A stretch of 64,000 bases of DNA, taken from Podarcis muralis. Lineage: Eukaryota. Under the pieces are notes generated by a model. The model saw nothing but the letters and a program-made list of their open reading frames with translations. It was not told where the DNA came from and searched no databases. The position numbers and the translations under genes were made by a program. Below are positions 53,149 to 64,000 of this stretch, piece by piece; the first letter of the stretch is position 1, and every line of letters starts with the position of its first letter. The stretch covers positions 86,118,001-86,182,000 of the forward strand of contig NC_135659.1 of the NCBI RefSeq assembly GCF_964188315.1. Reading direction: 5' to 3'.

Positions 53149-54422
53149 CTAATCACAAAACAGAGAGGAAGAAAATGAGGCATTTTGCCTATCACACTGC
53201 TCTGACTTTATTCATTCTGTTTGTTTCAGGAGCTGATACTTCTCATGCACTCACCAATCAATCAATCAATCAATCAGAGAAGAATGATAGCTTCATGCGA
53301 ACCTTTAAGCATTCCTTTGAGCATGTGGTGCTTCTCCCAGCAATATCCTATTCAGCACTTGAAGACAGTAGGCATCAAAATGGGAAAAGGACTGTCCATA
53401 TTGGGCTTCTCATAACATGCATGGTATACCTTCTGTACAACACAATAAAGTAGGCTACTGGCTTTCTCTCAAATCATTGCTTTTTCTTCTTGATCTTTTC
53501 CACCCCACCCCAGTTTGAAGTTCTCTGACAGTTCTATGGTTCTATGGTTACTTGCAATCATCTGATCAATATCTCACTGCAATCAGTCAACTGGAGTCTT
53601 CCTATCAAACCTTATGGTTTTTCAATTTGGTTTGAAATTCTCTTTCATAGCTCTCCCAACTTCTGTCTTGCATTTGGCCAGCAAATTTGGTCCCTTTTCA
53701 ACTGGGATTGGATATAAGCACTGGGACCAAATACATATTCAAAAATATGAAACGCAGAAATCCTTGCACTTCCAAAAATACTTTTTGAAAAGTCAAAGTC
53801 AAAAGAATCTGGAATTAAAAAGGAATTAGTAAGGAAAATTTGGATATGGATGGGGATCATTAGACTAACATTCAGAGACATCCAAACAAGGCAGCTGGAA
53901 TGTGTGAATGGAATCCAATAATACAGATTATTATAAAGGAATTTGATATATTGCTGATACAATAATTGATTATATGTTGGCATACGTTATAGGAAGTTTA
54001 TAGTTAAGGTAAAAGTACTGTAATTGTATATTTGATTCTCGGCATCTGACAGGATGCATTTTTGGAAATGGTAAATTGTTTTGTTGGTTGGTTAATTAAC
54101 TACTCTTTCTTGCATGCAATTCATTTTGTAAGATACGCACACATGCCTCTTTGAATTCTTTCTGACTGTTCCGTCTTCAAAGGTTTTGGGACTCTGAAAC
54201 CTAAACTAAAGTTGCTAGTAGATCTTTCCGAGAGTGGAATTTTGAGGACAATCATAAAGTTACATAGGAAGGTGCCTTATGCCAGCCGGTCAGACAGTTT
54301 CTCCATCTGGAGAAGTACCATCTACTCTGACAGGCAAAGTATTTTGGCAGCAGAACCCTGGAGATTTGAACCTGGGATATTATGCACGCAAAGCAGGTGC
54401 TCTATTACTGAGCAATGGAAAA

Positions 54423-54685
54423 TACCGTATTTTTCGCTCTATAAGACACACCAGACCCTAAGACCATAAGAAGTTTTTGGAGGAGGAAAACAAGAAAAAA
54501 AAAACCTGAATCCCAGAAGCCAGAACAGCAAGAGGGATCGCTGAGCAGCGAAAGCAACAATCCCTCTTGCTGTTCTGGCTTCTGGGATAGCTGTGCAGCC
54601 TGCATTTGCTCCATAAGATGCACACACATTTCCCCTTACTTTTTAGGAGGGAAAAAGTGTGTCTTATAGAGCAAAAAATACGGTA
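54423..54685. mobile_element. Tc2-like MITE
   Basis: TIRs taccgtatttttcgctctataagac and gtcttatagagcaaaaaatacggta. Confidence 0.85.
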
Positions 54686-55414
54686 AAGACCGTGCTTCCT
54701 TCAACCTCCACAGTAGGCCTCCTGCAGGGATTGGCACTACTTAGGTGCCTTCTTCAGAATGAGACCAGAGAGATTTTCTGTAAGGACATAAGAAGAGCCC
54801 TCTGTTGGAGGCACCATCTGGTCCAGCATCCTGTTTTCAACAGCAGCCAACAAGATGTCTCAGGAACTTTCCTTGCATCCTTGGCCAACACTAGCATCTC
54901 TTCCTTGCATGCCTAGCAGAGAGCACTGGAGCCAGGATGGAGACACGTTACCTGTTAGTCCAGGGGACAGGAGAGATCTGGGATGATTTGCTGCATATTT
55001 CCATTATCTCAATGCCTAACTCAAAGTTTTGATTTAAATTACTTCCTGAGTCTTTGTTTCGCAACCACACTAAGTTTCTTCTGCCTCCCATACCTCTTCT
55101 AAAGGTCAAGGGAGCACTGGTTTAAGGCAAAATGAAATTGACTTCTCTATGCGCAATTTGGAAACTTCATGGCCATTACTTAGATATTTCTCCTCAAATT
55201 CCCTTGCAGAGACATGACAGGTTAAAATATTGCCATGGCAACCACCCCCCTCAGTAGTTTGAATGTGTTTTTTTATTATTATTAAAGAATCAAACAAACC
55301 CAAAAAGCTCTTCTCTTTGAGACCTACAAGCTCAACACGATGGAACCCAGTTCCAGGTGACTTCACAAGGTGTGAAAAATGCTTTCGGTGAATTCTGAAA
55401 CCATATTTACATAC

Positions 55415-55447
55415 CTTCAACTTCAGCACTGAGACCTTTGATGGAAG
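55415..55447 (-). CDS. Formin FH2 exon E (33-nt micro-exon)
   Basis: Acceptor ttttctgctttgccacag, then (A)SIKGLSAEVE plus G, then donor GTATGT. Phase 1-1; it joins exons D and F in frame. Confidence 0.8.
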
Positions 55448-55575
55448 CTGTGGCAAAGCAGAAAAGAAGTCAGATGGTGAACCCAGATAAGTACCACACA
55501 TATCTAATATGGAAATGGGTGTTTTGAGAAAAGCAATATTTGCAAGAAAGGAGGGAAGGGAAGCAATCCTCTTAC

Positions 55576-55705
55576 CAGCAGAAACAGCTTTAAATTCTGT
55601 CAACTCCTGAGAAAATGTAGCCAAATCAGGCTCATGTAAGAAGATCTGTTCCACAAGGGCATGGAGCAAGGTGAAATTCCTCTCCTTGCCTCGTAGCAAT
55701 GATAA
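55576..55705 (-). CDS. Formin FH2 exon D (TLLH motif)
   Basis: Acceptor cttctgtttgtag, then LSLLRGKERNFTLLHALVEQIFLHEPDLATFSQELTEFKAVSA plus G (130 nt), then donor GTAAG. Confidence 0.93.
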
Positions 55706-55941
55706 CTACAAACAGAAGACAGCAATGTAATTGACAGGCTTGCCTAGATTTGGGGTGTATTATTTTCAAAAATGGAGGCAGCGGGGAAATGTTATAGCTC
55801 CAAGGAAAATTTAATAAGAGCAGAAAAAGTGGGGTTAAGATTTCTTTAAGCTCCTATCCACCCTAACAGGATTCAGAGGTCTTTCTGCAAAGGGCTTGTA
55901 CTACCTTTCTCACTGCATCCTCATGAAGGATGTTGTGAATT

Positions 55942-56155
55942 CAGTGGTACCTCAGGTTACAAACACGTCAGGTAGTACCTCGGGTAGTACCTCAGGTTAA
56001 GGTACTAACCTGGATGAGAACAGAAATCGCGCAGCGGCTGTGCGGCGGCAGCAGGAGGTCCCATTAGCTAAAGTGGTACCTCAAGTTAAGAATGGTTTCA
56101 GGTTAAGAATGGACCTCCGGAATGAATTAAGTACTTAACCAGAGTTACCACTGTA
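55942..56155. mobile_element. Tigger/pogo-like MITE
   Basis: cagtggtacctcaggttac ... aaccagagttaccactgta. Same family as 39837. Confidence 0.8.
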
Positions 56156-58684
56156 GGATTTGCCAGAAGGAGGTGTACAAGGCCCCATCCAACCGCCTTA
56201 GGGACTCCAATCTGGATTTGTGTGTAGGGTTTACTTCTTAGCCTTTTCTTTTCTGAAGATGTTCCACAAGGCTTAGGATCAGATTTTCCTACTCCTAGAT
56301 GGGCTTCCTTCCCAGGTTGGCAAGCCCCACCTGTCCCTTACTTCCCTCTACAGCATGCGCAGAAACCACCATCTTGGCCATTGGTCTTGTTCGCTCAATT
56401 TGCCAGAGCCAGTCTTCAGTTACAAGGGAAGGCCCTAATTCATAGACGGTTTGAGATCCAATGGCTACCCTTACCTGTTTTAGTTGGCCAGTTGAAGCCA
56501 TTCCCAGGATATGGCCACTGTTGCGTGCTCAGAGCTGAGTGCAGGATGGACACCAAAGGTGGGTAAACTACCCCAGAAGGAGCATGATGTGTCCCCCACC
56601 AGAGGTGTCCCCCACTTTTTACCCTACACCTCTAATGTACAGCTCTGCTTTCCTGGGAAGACATCAGTGAGGCCGAGAGAAGTCGTCATCTGGGCAGCCC
56701 AGGACCTCCATACACCCTGCCCAGGCTTGTGTCCTGGGGAGGTCACTTTGGTGCTGCTAATGCAGTGGTTTGACTTTACCCCTGGAGGTGCACTCCATTG
56801 TCTCTTGAGACAGACAGGTGCCAACAGTGCCACTTAGGAACTAAAGCTGAGAAATACTACCACAGCTAAGAACCAGCCTGGCTATTGCAATGTTCTTCAG
56901 AGACCCTTCAGTGATTTCTCTTGCCTTCAGAAGTGAGGTAGGTGGTGATCTCGGACAGGGCCTTATCCATTGTGACACCCATGTCTGGCATACCATTCCC
57001 GGGGAAGCTTGCCATGAGCAGTATTCTAACTCAGCTCAAGACTTTCCACTTTCATAACGGGACTCCCCCCCGTCTCCTCACCTGACTTGTGTCCTCCCCA
57101 AACCCACTCCAGGAGGTTAGGGAAACCCTTAAATTTAGGGGGCACAGGAGGAGGGGGGAACATTGCATTGTGAAATGCTTCCACTGACAGAAACAGAGAC
57201 TTAGCACCACATTGGATTCTATGCCTGGTGTTGACGTTAATGTATTTTTGGTGCCAAATGAAGACCTTTTTATTTGACTTATAAATTTTGTTTTTTGGGT
57301 TGTGCTTTAACATTGCCTCTGTTTTAAAGTTTATTTTACACTACTCTGCTATTTTGGGCTTTTTTTGGGATGTTCTTATCACTTTCGAGCTGCTCTGAGA
57401 AACCTTTTAAAGGTTGAAGAAAGCCCTCTGCCAGGCTGCCACACACAACAAGCTTCTGAGGGCAGAGGAACTACCAAGGGGGTCCTCTCTGCTGAGTAAA
57501 TATTACTCCTGGGAATAATTCTTCTGAAGGTTTTATATTTTAAATAGATACAATAACCTAGGCATTTTTCACCTTTTGGTATTTGTCCCATTCCTCCATT
57601 TTTGGGGGGGTGGGGGCTTATGCACTAGAGAGACAGAAGCCCCCTCCAGAAATTATTCCTCCACACCAGTTGGCAACAGGGCACCCTCCCAAAATTGAAT
57701 AACTTCAGCTCTCTGCACCCGACCTTTGGCCATGCTGGCTGAGGCTGATGAAAGCTGGAGAACAACAATATCTGGAGGGCATCAAGTTGACTACCGATGC
57801 TCCACAGGTTCTCTGATCTTCCGCAGCAAACTTGAATGTATTAAGGTGTTGCCAGCAGGGATGGAGGTGTTGAGGGTGCTGCTCCCTCATATATGCTTTA
57901 AATACAGAGAGAGAAAATGTCTGAAGGGGAAACTGGCAAAAAATAGCTGTACACCCATGTACAAAAAGGAAAGCAGGTAATGTGGTCTTGGGAGTAACCC
58001 ACTGGACGATTTTAACATTGAAAATGGGACATATATATTTCCTAGACAGTGACAAAAGGTTTCACACTCCAGTGTAAAACAGTAAGAATAGTTCATGTAA
58101 AACAATGCTTTAAGTCTCCGTAGTGGGATGGAGAAAGATGTCGTCTGGCACAGTAAGGTTTTGTAGATATTTTTCATAATGATAAATGTGGTAGTTCAGC
58201 AGAAATATAAAAAAGGCAAACATCCAAATTGGGGCTCTGAATTGTCGCTTGCATCATAAATCATTCACTCAATATACTGAAATCCCTGGGAAGTGCCATG
58301 GTGGGGGAAAATAACTTCCACTTCTATTTAGAGATGTGGCAGAATTTGATAATATGCTTAAAGGTTCAAGGCTGCCTAGAGAATATGCAGTCAGTAATAG
58401 GAGCAGCCAAACACAGAGTTTGAGGCAAAGGAAACTGCTCTTATTGCCAACATTTTCAAAGGCAAATCATCAGTCCTGCAAATGGATCACAGATAATACA
58501 ACCAAAACAGTCACTTTTACATGGGCATATCCTATTGCATCTTAATTCTGGCCAGAAACTGTTGTTCATTAATTTCTGTTTCGGACAAAATTTTGTTATT
58601 TGCAGATGTCCACACATTTTAAATGATATTCCTGCGATGTGGAGACTACCAGATGGAAGCCACCATTCTGGGCAGCTTCCAATA

Positions 58685-58870
58685 TACTGTATTTACTCAA
58701 ATCTAAAACTGTACTCACCTTTCTGGGCCAAATTACATTGTGAAAATTAGGGTGTGCATTAGATTTGATGGCACATTTACATTCACCAGCAAATACTTTT
58801 TTTGGTTTCAAGGTTCTGAAAATTGAGGTGCGCATTAGATTCGATGGTGCATTAGACTCGAGTAAATATG

Positions 58871-58872
<2 letters not shown>
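58685..58872. mobile_element. Tc2-like MITE nested in an L2/MITE composite
   Basis: tactgtatttactcaaatctaa ... ttagactcgagtaaatatggt. Confidence 0.7.
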
Positions 58873-58910
<38 letters not shown>

Positions 58911-59354
58911 CAATAGGCATTAAACACTAAAAAACTTCTCTATACAGGGCTGCCTTCAGATGTCTCCTAAAGGTTGTATAGTAACTTATCTCCTTGGCTC
59001 AGGGATCACATAACTCCATACCCTCCAACATTTCTCCAATGAAAATAGGAGACGTCCTAAGGAAAAGCAGGGCAGTCCAGGATAAAATCAGAAAATGAGG
59101 CAGCTTCTGTAGATCTGGGACTGTCCCTGGAAAATAGGGACACTTGGAGGGTCTGGACTTTGCCAGAGTAGTTTGCACTGAGTCTCAGCATTTCTTTGAG
59201 GGGTTTGGAGCATCTAGAAAACATTCATCTGAAGGGAATGACATTGCTGTATTATTTATCTGCACTCAGGAGAAAAAGAGAGAGATTTAAACACTTTTTT
59301 AAGGGAAATTGTACTCTCCTACAATCCAAGCCTTTCCCCAGCAAAACCACTTAC

Positions 59355-59507
59355 TTTAGCCAGAGAAGACAGCTGAAAGCCTTTGGCCTTCTCTCTCCCA
59401 GCATTTTCATTTAAGTAGTTCCCAATGGCTAAGATATATTCCAGCACAGCAACAAATCTCGGGTTGTCCTGCAGCTGTTTGCATGCCCTGATCTTCTGGT
59501 TTATGAG
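59355..59507 (-). CDS. Formin FH2 exon C (GNYLN post motif)
   Basis: Acceptor ttgtgttccag, then LINQKIRACKQLQDNPRFVAVLEYILAIGNYLNENAGREKAKGFQLSSLAK (153 nt), then donor GTAAGT. Contains the hallmark FH2 motif GNY(M/L)N...GF.L.SL.KL. Confidence 0.95.
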
Positions 59508-59792
59508 CTGGAACACAAGGAGGCATCGTTTGATTAAATTGTCAAGGGTGACTAAATGGGGCTCTCTGCGTTGTTTCTGGTCAGTCAGGAATTAATCTAG
59601 ACCATGGGAATCTCAAGCCATAAAAGGGGCCTCTGTAGGGATCTGCCATGAAGACTTCATAGTCAAGATTGCTACATTCTCACGCACTGTAATGGCAGGG
59701 ATCTTCGGCATTTGCTTGTGGGCACATTGTGCAACATGTCACTGATGCAATAATAGTGGATTAGCGGTAGATTTATACTGGACCACTTTATT

Positions 59793-60037
59793 AAGAAGAG
59801 TTTGGATTTGATATCCCGCTTTATCACTACCCGAAGGAGTCTCAAAGCGGCTAACAATCTCCTTTCCCTTCCTCCCCCACAACAAACTCTCTGTGAGGTG
59901 AGTGGGGCTGAGAGACTTCAGAGAAGTGTGACTGGCCCAAGGTCACCCAGCAGCTGCATGTGGAGGAGCGGGGAAGCGAACCCGGTTCCCCAGATTATGA
60001 GTCTACCACTCTTAACCACTACACCACACTGGCTCTC
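59793..60037 (-). mobile_element. Squam3-like SINE
   Basis: Reverse complement of the family at 3720 and 4376. Confidence 0.85.
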
Positions 60038-62602
60038 AATTATTAGTTGTTCCTGCAATGCTTCCCTAATATTAATACGTTTATTGCTATGTGGAGAGGC
60101 ACTTTTGTGCTATAACAGGCGAGGAAACTGGTAGACCAAGATTGCCCCACAGGCCTCCCCATTTGTCCTGCAAGGCTGCTTTTCTGCTAGTCCTGTGGGC
60201 ACCATGTTGGCTACACTTGACTTGGAAAGTAATTACATACAATAGCAGCTTCAGAAAGGGCAATTTGGAGCAGTAAAGCTGGTGAGAAGGGGTAACTGGA
60301 CTCCTTGTGCTGCTTCTATGTTCCTAATCTTCCCTCCCCTTCCCTCCTCTGTAGGGTGACAGACATAGATTGAGGGATCTGTGAAGAAAAAGTCTGCTTT
60401 TTGGACCTCACAGGCAGAATAAGAGCTGTGAAAGGACAACTCTGAGCAGAAAACCAACAGGCAAGGGAAAGGTTAATATGCCACCATTGCTGCCACTTTT
60501 CCACTTCATGTTACCCCTTTGCAAATTTGCTTTTGCTTAGAAATAGCAGCCTTTGATGGCCTTTGACACATTATTGGCAGGTAATGTGCCAGTCATTTCA
60601 TGCTTTGTGTTCTCAAAGAGATACACGGTTAGTTTCAAAAATCAGCAGGAAGAAATAGCAGCCTGAATATTCAATACAGGCAGTAGCTTGTCTTATCTGC
60701 CACTTGTGTGCATAATCATATGTCCCCCTGCACCCAGACCACAGGTGTCTCCCTATGGAGGGTTTGTGCAAATCACTGCTTCTGCAACTACACAATAGGG
60801 CAAAAACAGGGTGCAAAAGGTTACTCTCTCTTACTCTCCCAGTGCACACTTGTCAATAATCCCAACACATTCTTATTTTGACCCCAGTGTGCTCTTTCAA
60901 AACTGATTTCCATAATGAAAAAAGGATGTGCAATTTTAACTTGTTCAGATCTTGTTGGGCTGGATATTCTTTTTTTCTTTATTTCTTTTGTCTCTCCCAA
61001 TATGGATGTATATTTTTCACCCTTCCTTATATTGAGCTCATTAATTAAAGAAGGATTGCCTCCCTAGAGCTGCTATTAGCCATAGAGGGAGAAACATGTG
61101 GACTTTAAAAATTAATTTTTCATATTTTCCCATCCACAAGTTATAGCAGCTCCAATTAAATAAGGGCTGTATGTAATCTGGACCAGGGCTATGGTGTGGG
61201 GGAAAGTGTGTCTCTCCTCATGCTGTGACCCCAATCAAAACCGGTGCCCCATACCTGCTTTTCCAAAAATAGAATGACATTGGGAGCACCCAACAGAGAG
61301 CTGTTATTTTCAACCAGTATCTGGGAGCAATTGGCTCTAGTTCAGGTTCAAGGCTCTAGAGAGGTTTTAGCATTGATGCTTAGTTGCAATTGACACAATG
61401 CAGGAGGTTCTTTGGACCAGCCTTTGGGGTTCAGGTTAAGTTCAGCTCCCTCCCTGCAGCCTCTTCAAACTGGATGATTGGCAGTCTTTTTGAGACTGTG
61501 GACACCTTGAGCCCCAAACCAGATTTTCATTATTATGTAAAACAAAACAGTCAGTGTTGGATGTATTGCTTGGGCACCTAGACTGTGTTTCCATAGGTAA
61601 ACAAGAATGACAAATATCTCGAAAATTAAATCTCAAACAATATCTACAAGGTATCAGCTGTGTTGATTGGCATGGACTGTGTCATCGTTCATGAGGTATT
61701 ACCTTCTGGAGGTGCTATTTCCGCTAATGAACTCTCTCAGGTTTTGACTTGCCCAAGGCTATTTTAGATACCCCAGCAGGTAGCGCATATTGTATTTCAA
61801 AATCTAGACGATCTCAAATTTACTTTCATGCTAGTTATGACTCTCTTGGCTATCAAATCCAGGAGCAATACATAGATCATCAAAACCTTTCCCCACATTT
61901 CTTTTGAATAATGCAGTGAAATGACAACTTATACATCAGGCTGCCCGCATTATTACAATATGAATGTCAACGACATGACGGGTGAGTTGCTTTTTCCAAG
62001 GAAAATCTCTGCTCACACACATACGTAGATAGACACGCCGGCTTTTAAAATTGACATGGAGGGCATCTGGTGCTTTATAGTGCATCCCTAATAATGTTTA
62101 CTCAGGAGTAAGGATGGCGGGGGGGCAGGAATTCAGTTTAGTTCACGTTTAAAGGTGAACCTACCTAATTCTCACTTCCTGGAACAAAATGCAAACCAAA
62201 ATACAGCCATCCCTCAAAATTTGTGCTTCTCCAAAGCTTGCAGTGCAGTTCTCCAGCCAAGTAACATATACAAAAGAACGTATTGAAATGTATAATTCTT
62301 CTGTTTATTTTACATTTGCCTGTTTATCTTTGGCTATAACATGAATTTGGTTCCCTTAATGATAACTTCGATTTAGCTTATCCAAACTGATGTGCTAATG
62401 TGGACTTACGACTGGGGGCGGGGGGACAAAAACACCAAGAGAAAGCAAGTTTGACAGATTCACAGTCCACTGAGTACAAAGGGACTTTATCCAATGTTAG
62501 TATGGATAGGATTACAGCAAGCTCAATGTTTAAATTTATTTAAGCCACACACACAAACAAATATAATATGCTTACCCACAGAAATCAAGGTATGATACTT
62601 AC

Positions 62603-62689
62603 TGGCCGCAGTTCAGCCATGGATTCTGGTAGTTCACGAATGGAATGCAAGAGGTCAAGTTTCTTGCATAAATTAGGTATTTTACACAT
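62603..62689 (-). CDS. Formin FH2 exon B
   Basis: Acceptor cctttatgcag, then MCKIPNLCKKLDLLHSIRELPESMAELRP (87 nt), then donor GTAAGT. Phase 0-0. Confidence 0.88.
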
Positions 62690-63842
62690 CTGCATAAAGG
62701 AAAGGAAACTCAGAAAAATTCCTGTTCTCCTACATAAGAAATTTTTAAGCTGCCTTGTTAAATCTGTTCTAGGGGTTCCCACAACCCTCTGAAGCAGATT
62801 TAAAGAGGGTTTGGAGTATGTATGCATGGAGGAAGGAGATGAAGGGAAGTTCTACTGAGCAAACATAAATCCTTGCTCCGATGGAATGTATTCATTTGAT
62901 ACCAGCTCGTCAATTCATGAGAAAATTGTGCTCAAAAATGATCAAAATGGAAAGGGAGAGGGAAATTGGTGGAATTCCCAAGCAGGAGCTACAGGGTTGT
63001 TGTTGAATTTCTCTCACTTTCAAGGCACCCATTTACAAGGTTGTGAAGCAGCATTTGTGAGTGCCCTTTCATTCAGTCTTCAGTTTAATTCTCCAGTGGT
63101 CTGCACTCTGCAGCCTTCCTGAGTGTTTCCTGGAAACCCCTGAAGTCTGCTCAATGGCCAGCTTACTCAGAGTAAGATGACAGAGCTTTTCCCATAGAGA
63201 GCCAAGAGACTACAAAGTGCTGGAGAAACGGAAAGGAAAAATGCATATGCCCACTCTACCCAAAGCCACCTTGTAACAATAACGAAAGCTCAATTCCACA
63301 ACCACAAAATGTTTAAAAAAATTCTAAACTGTCCTGAGAATGAGGCAGCCTCTTTTGAAGTGGAAGAAAACTTTTGAGAAATTTGGGGACACGTTTTGGC
63401 ATAGCACCAGCAAAGATGTTGGAGGCTAAACTTGGGACCAGACACATCCGTATTGAACTATAACCCTAGGTAAAAGCTCCCACCTTGGGATATATCAGCT
63501 ATAGACATGCATCTTCAACAATGCATTGACCTTAAGTCACACAACTGCTGTTCTGTACTTTAAAAAACACAAATGAAATATTTTAGAAATGCTTTTTTAA
63601 CGTTTCAGTTTTAACTAAATTCGAATAATCTAACACTGTGTCTTTTGCACAGTCTTCTGTGTTAAGGAGACAGATCAGGATGTTTGAATAAATAAAGCAA
63701 CCCAGCTGCTGCAAAGGATTTCTTTGTTCCAAGAAAGTTCAATGAGTTGCATTTTCCCAAGTTTTAAACTCAGCATAAAATCAACAAACAGACAATATGG
63801 CATGTACAAAACCACGTCTTAAACCGTAGATATATTTCTTAC

Positions 63843-63933
63843 TTCTAGCATAAATTGATCCACCAGATGCAGTTCTGAAGGAGACCCTTTGAACGACATG
63901 TACATTTCTATATCTTTCACGGTGGGCTGGTAT
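63843..63933 (-). CDS. Formin FH2 exon A (first in window); candidate PHCF-subtype formin
   Basis: Acceptor tttcccgtag, then 1 nt plus YQPTVKDIEMYMSFKGSPSELHLVDQFMLE, then donor GTAAG. Resembles the FH2 segment ending in EQF/DQF. Confidence 0.88.
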
Positions 63934-64000
63934 CTACGGGAAATCGATACAAATTAGCATTCCTGGTTCCAAGACACCAGTGTCAAATATGGGCATTTTG

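Noticed and set aside
55106-55575. Extension of the 197-aa ORF beyond exon D
   Set aside because: It is intronic read-through after the GTAAG donor at 55575. The FH2 frame continues through the micro-exon in a different frame.

Overview
This is vertebrate DNA from a squamate, most likely a lacertid lizard, judged from abundant Sauria SINEs, a BovB LINE and Squam-type SINEs. It contains two spliced protein-coding genes, both on the minus strand, which the ORF track captures only in fragments. (1) CBLN4 (cerebellin 4): coding exon 1 at 16411-16701 and exon 2 at 5460-5576. Exon 3 was not found and probably lies left of position 1. (2) The 3' half of a formin gene: eight exons that I assembled by hand (63843-63933, 62603-62689, 59355-59507, 55576-55705, 55415-55447, 53045-53148, 49973-50056, 41405-41509). 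They splice with GT-AG boundaries and matching phases into one open frame of about 261 aa, covering the C-terminal part of an FH2 domain, which stops almost immediately after the FH2. Its position next to CBLN4 fits, from my recollection of the formin phylogeny literature, the PH-domain-containing formin (PHCF) subtype that placental mammals have lost. The rest is intronic or intergenic sequence dense in SINEs, LINE fragments (BovB, L2, CR1), Tc1/mariner MITEs, a hAT element, microsatellites, a decayed C2H2 zinc-finger fragment and two assembly gaps. There are no CRISPR arrays or prokaryotic systems.
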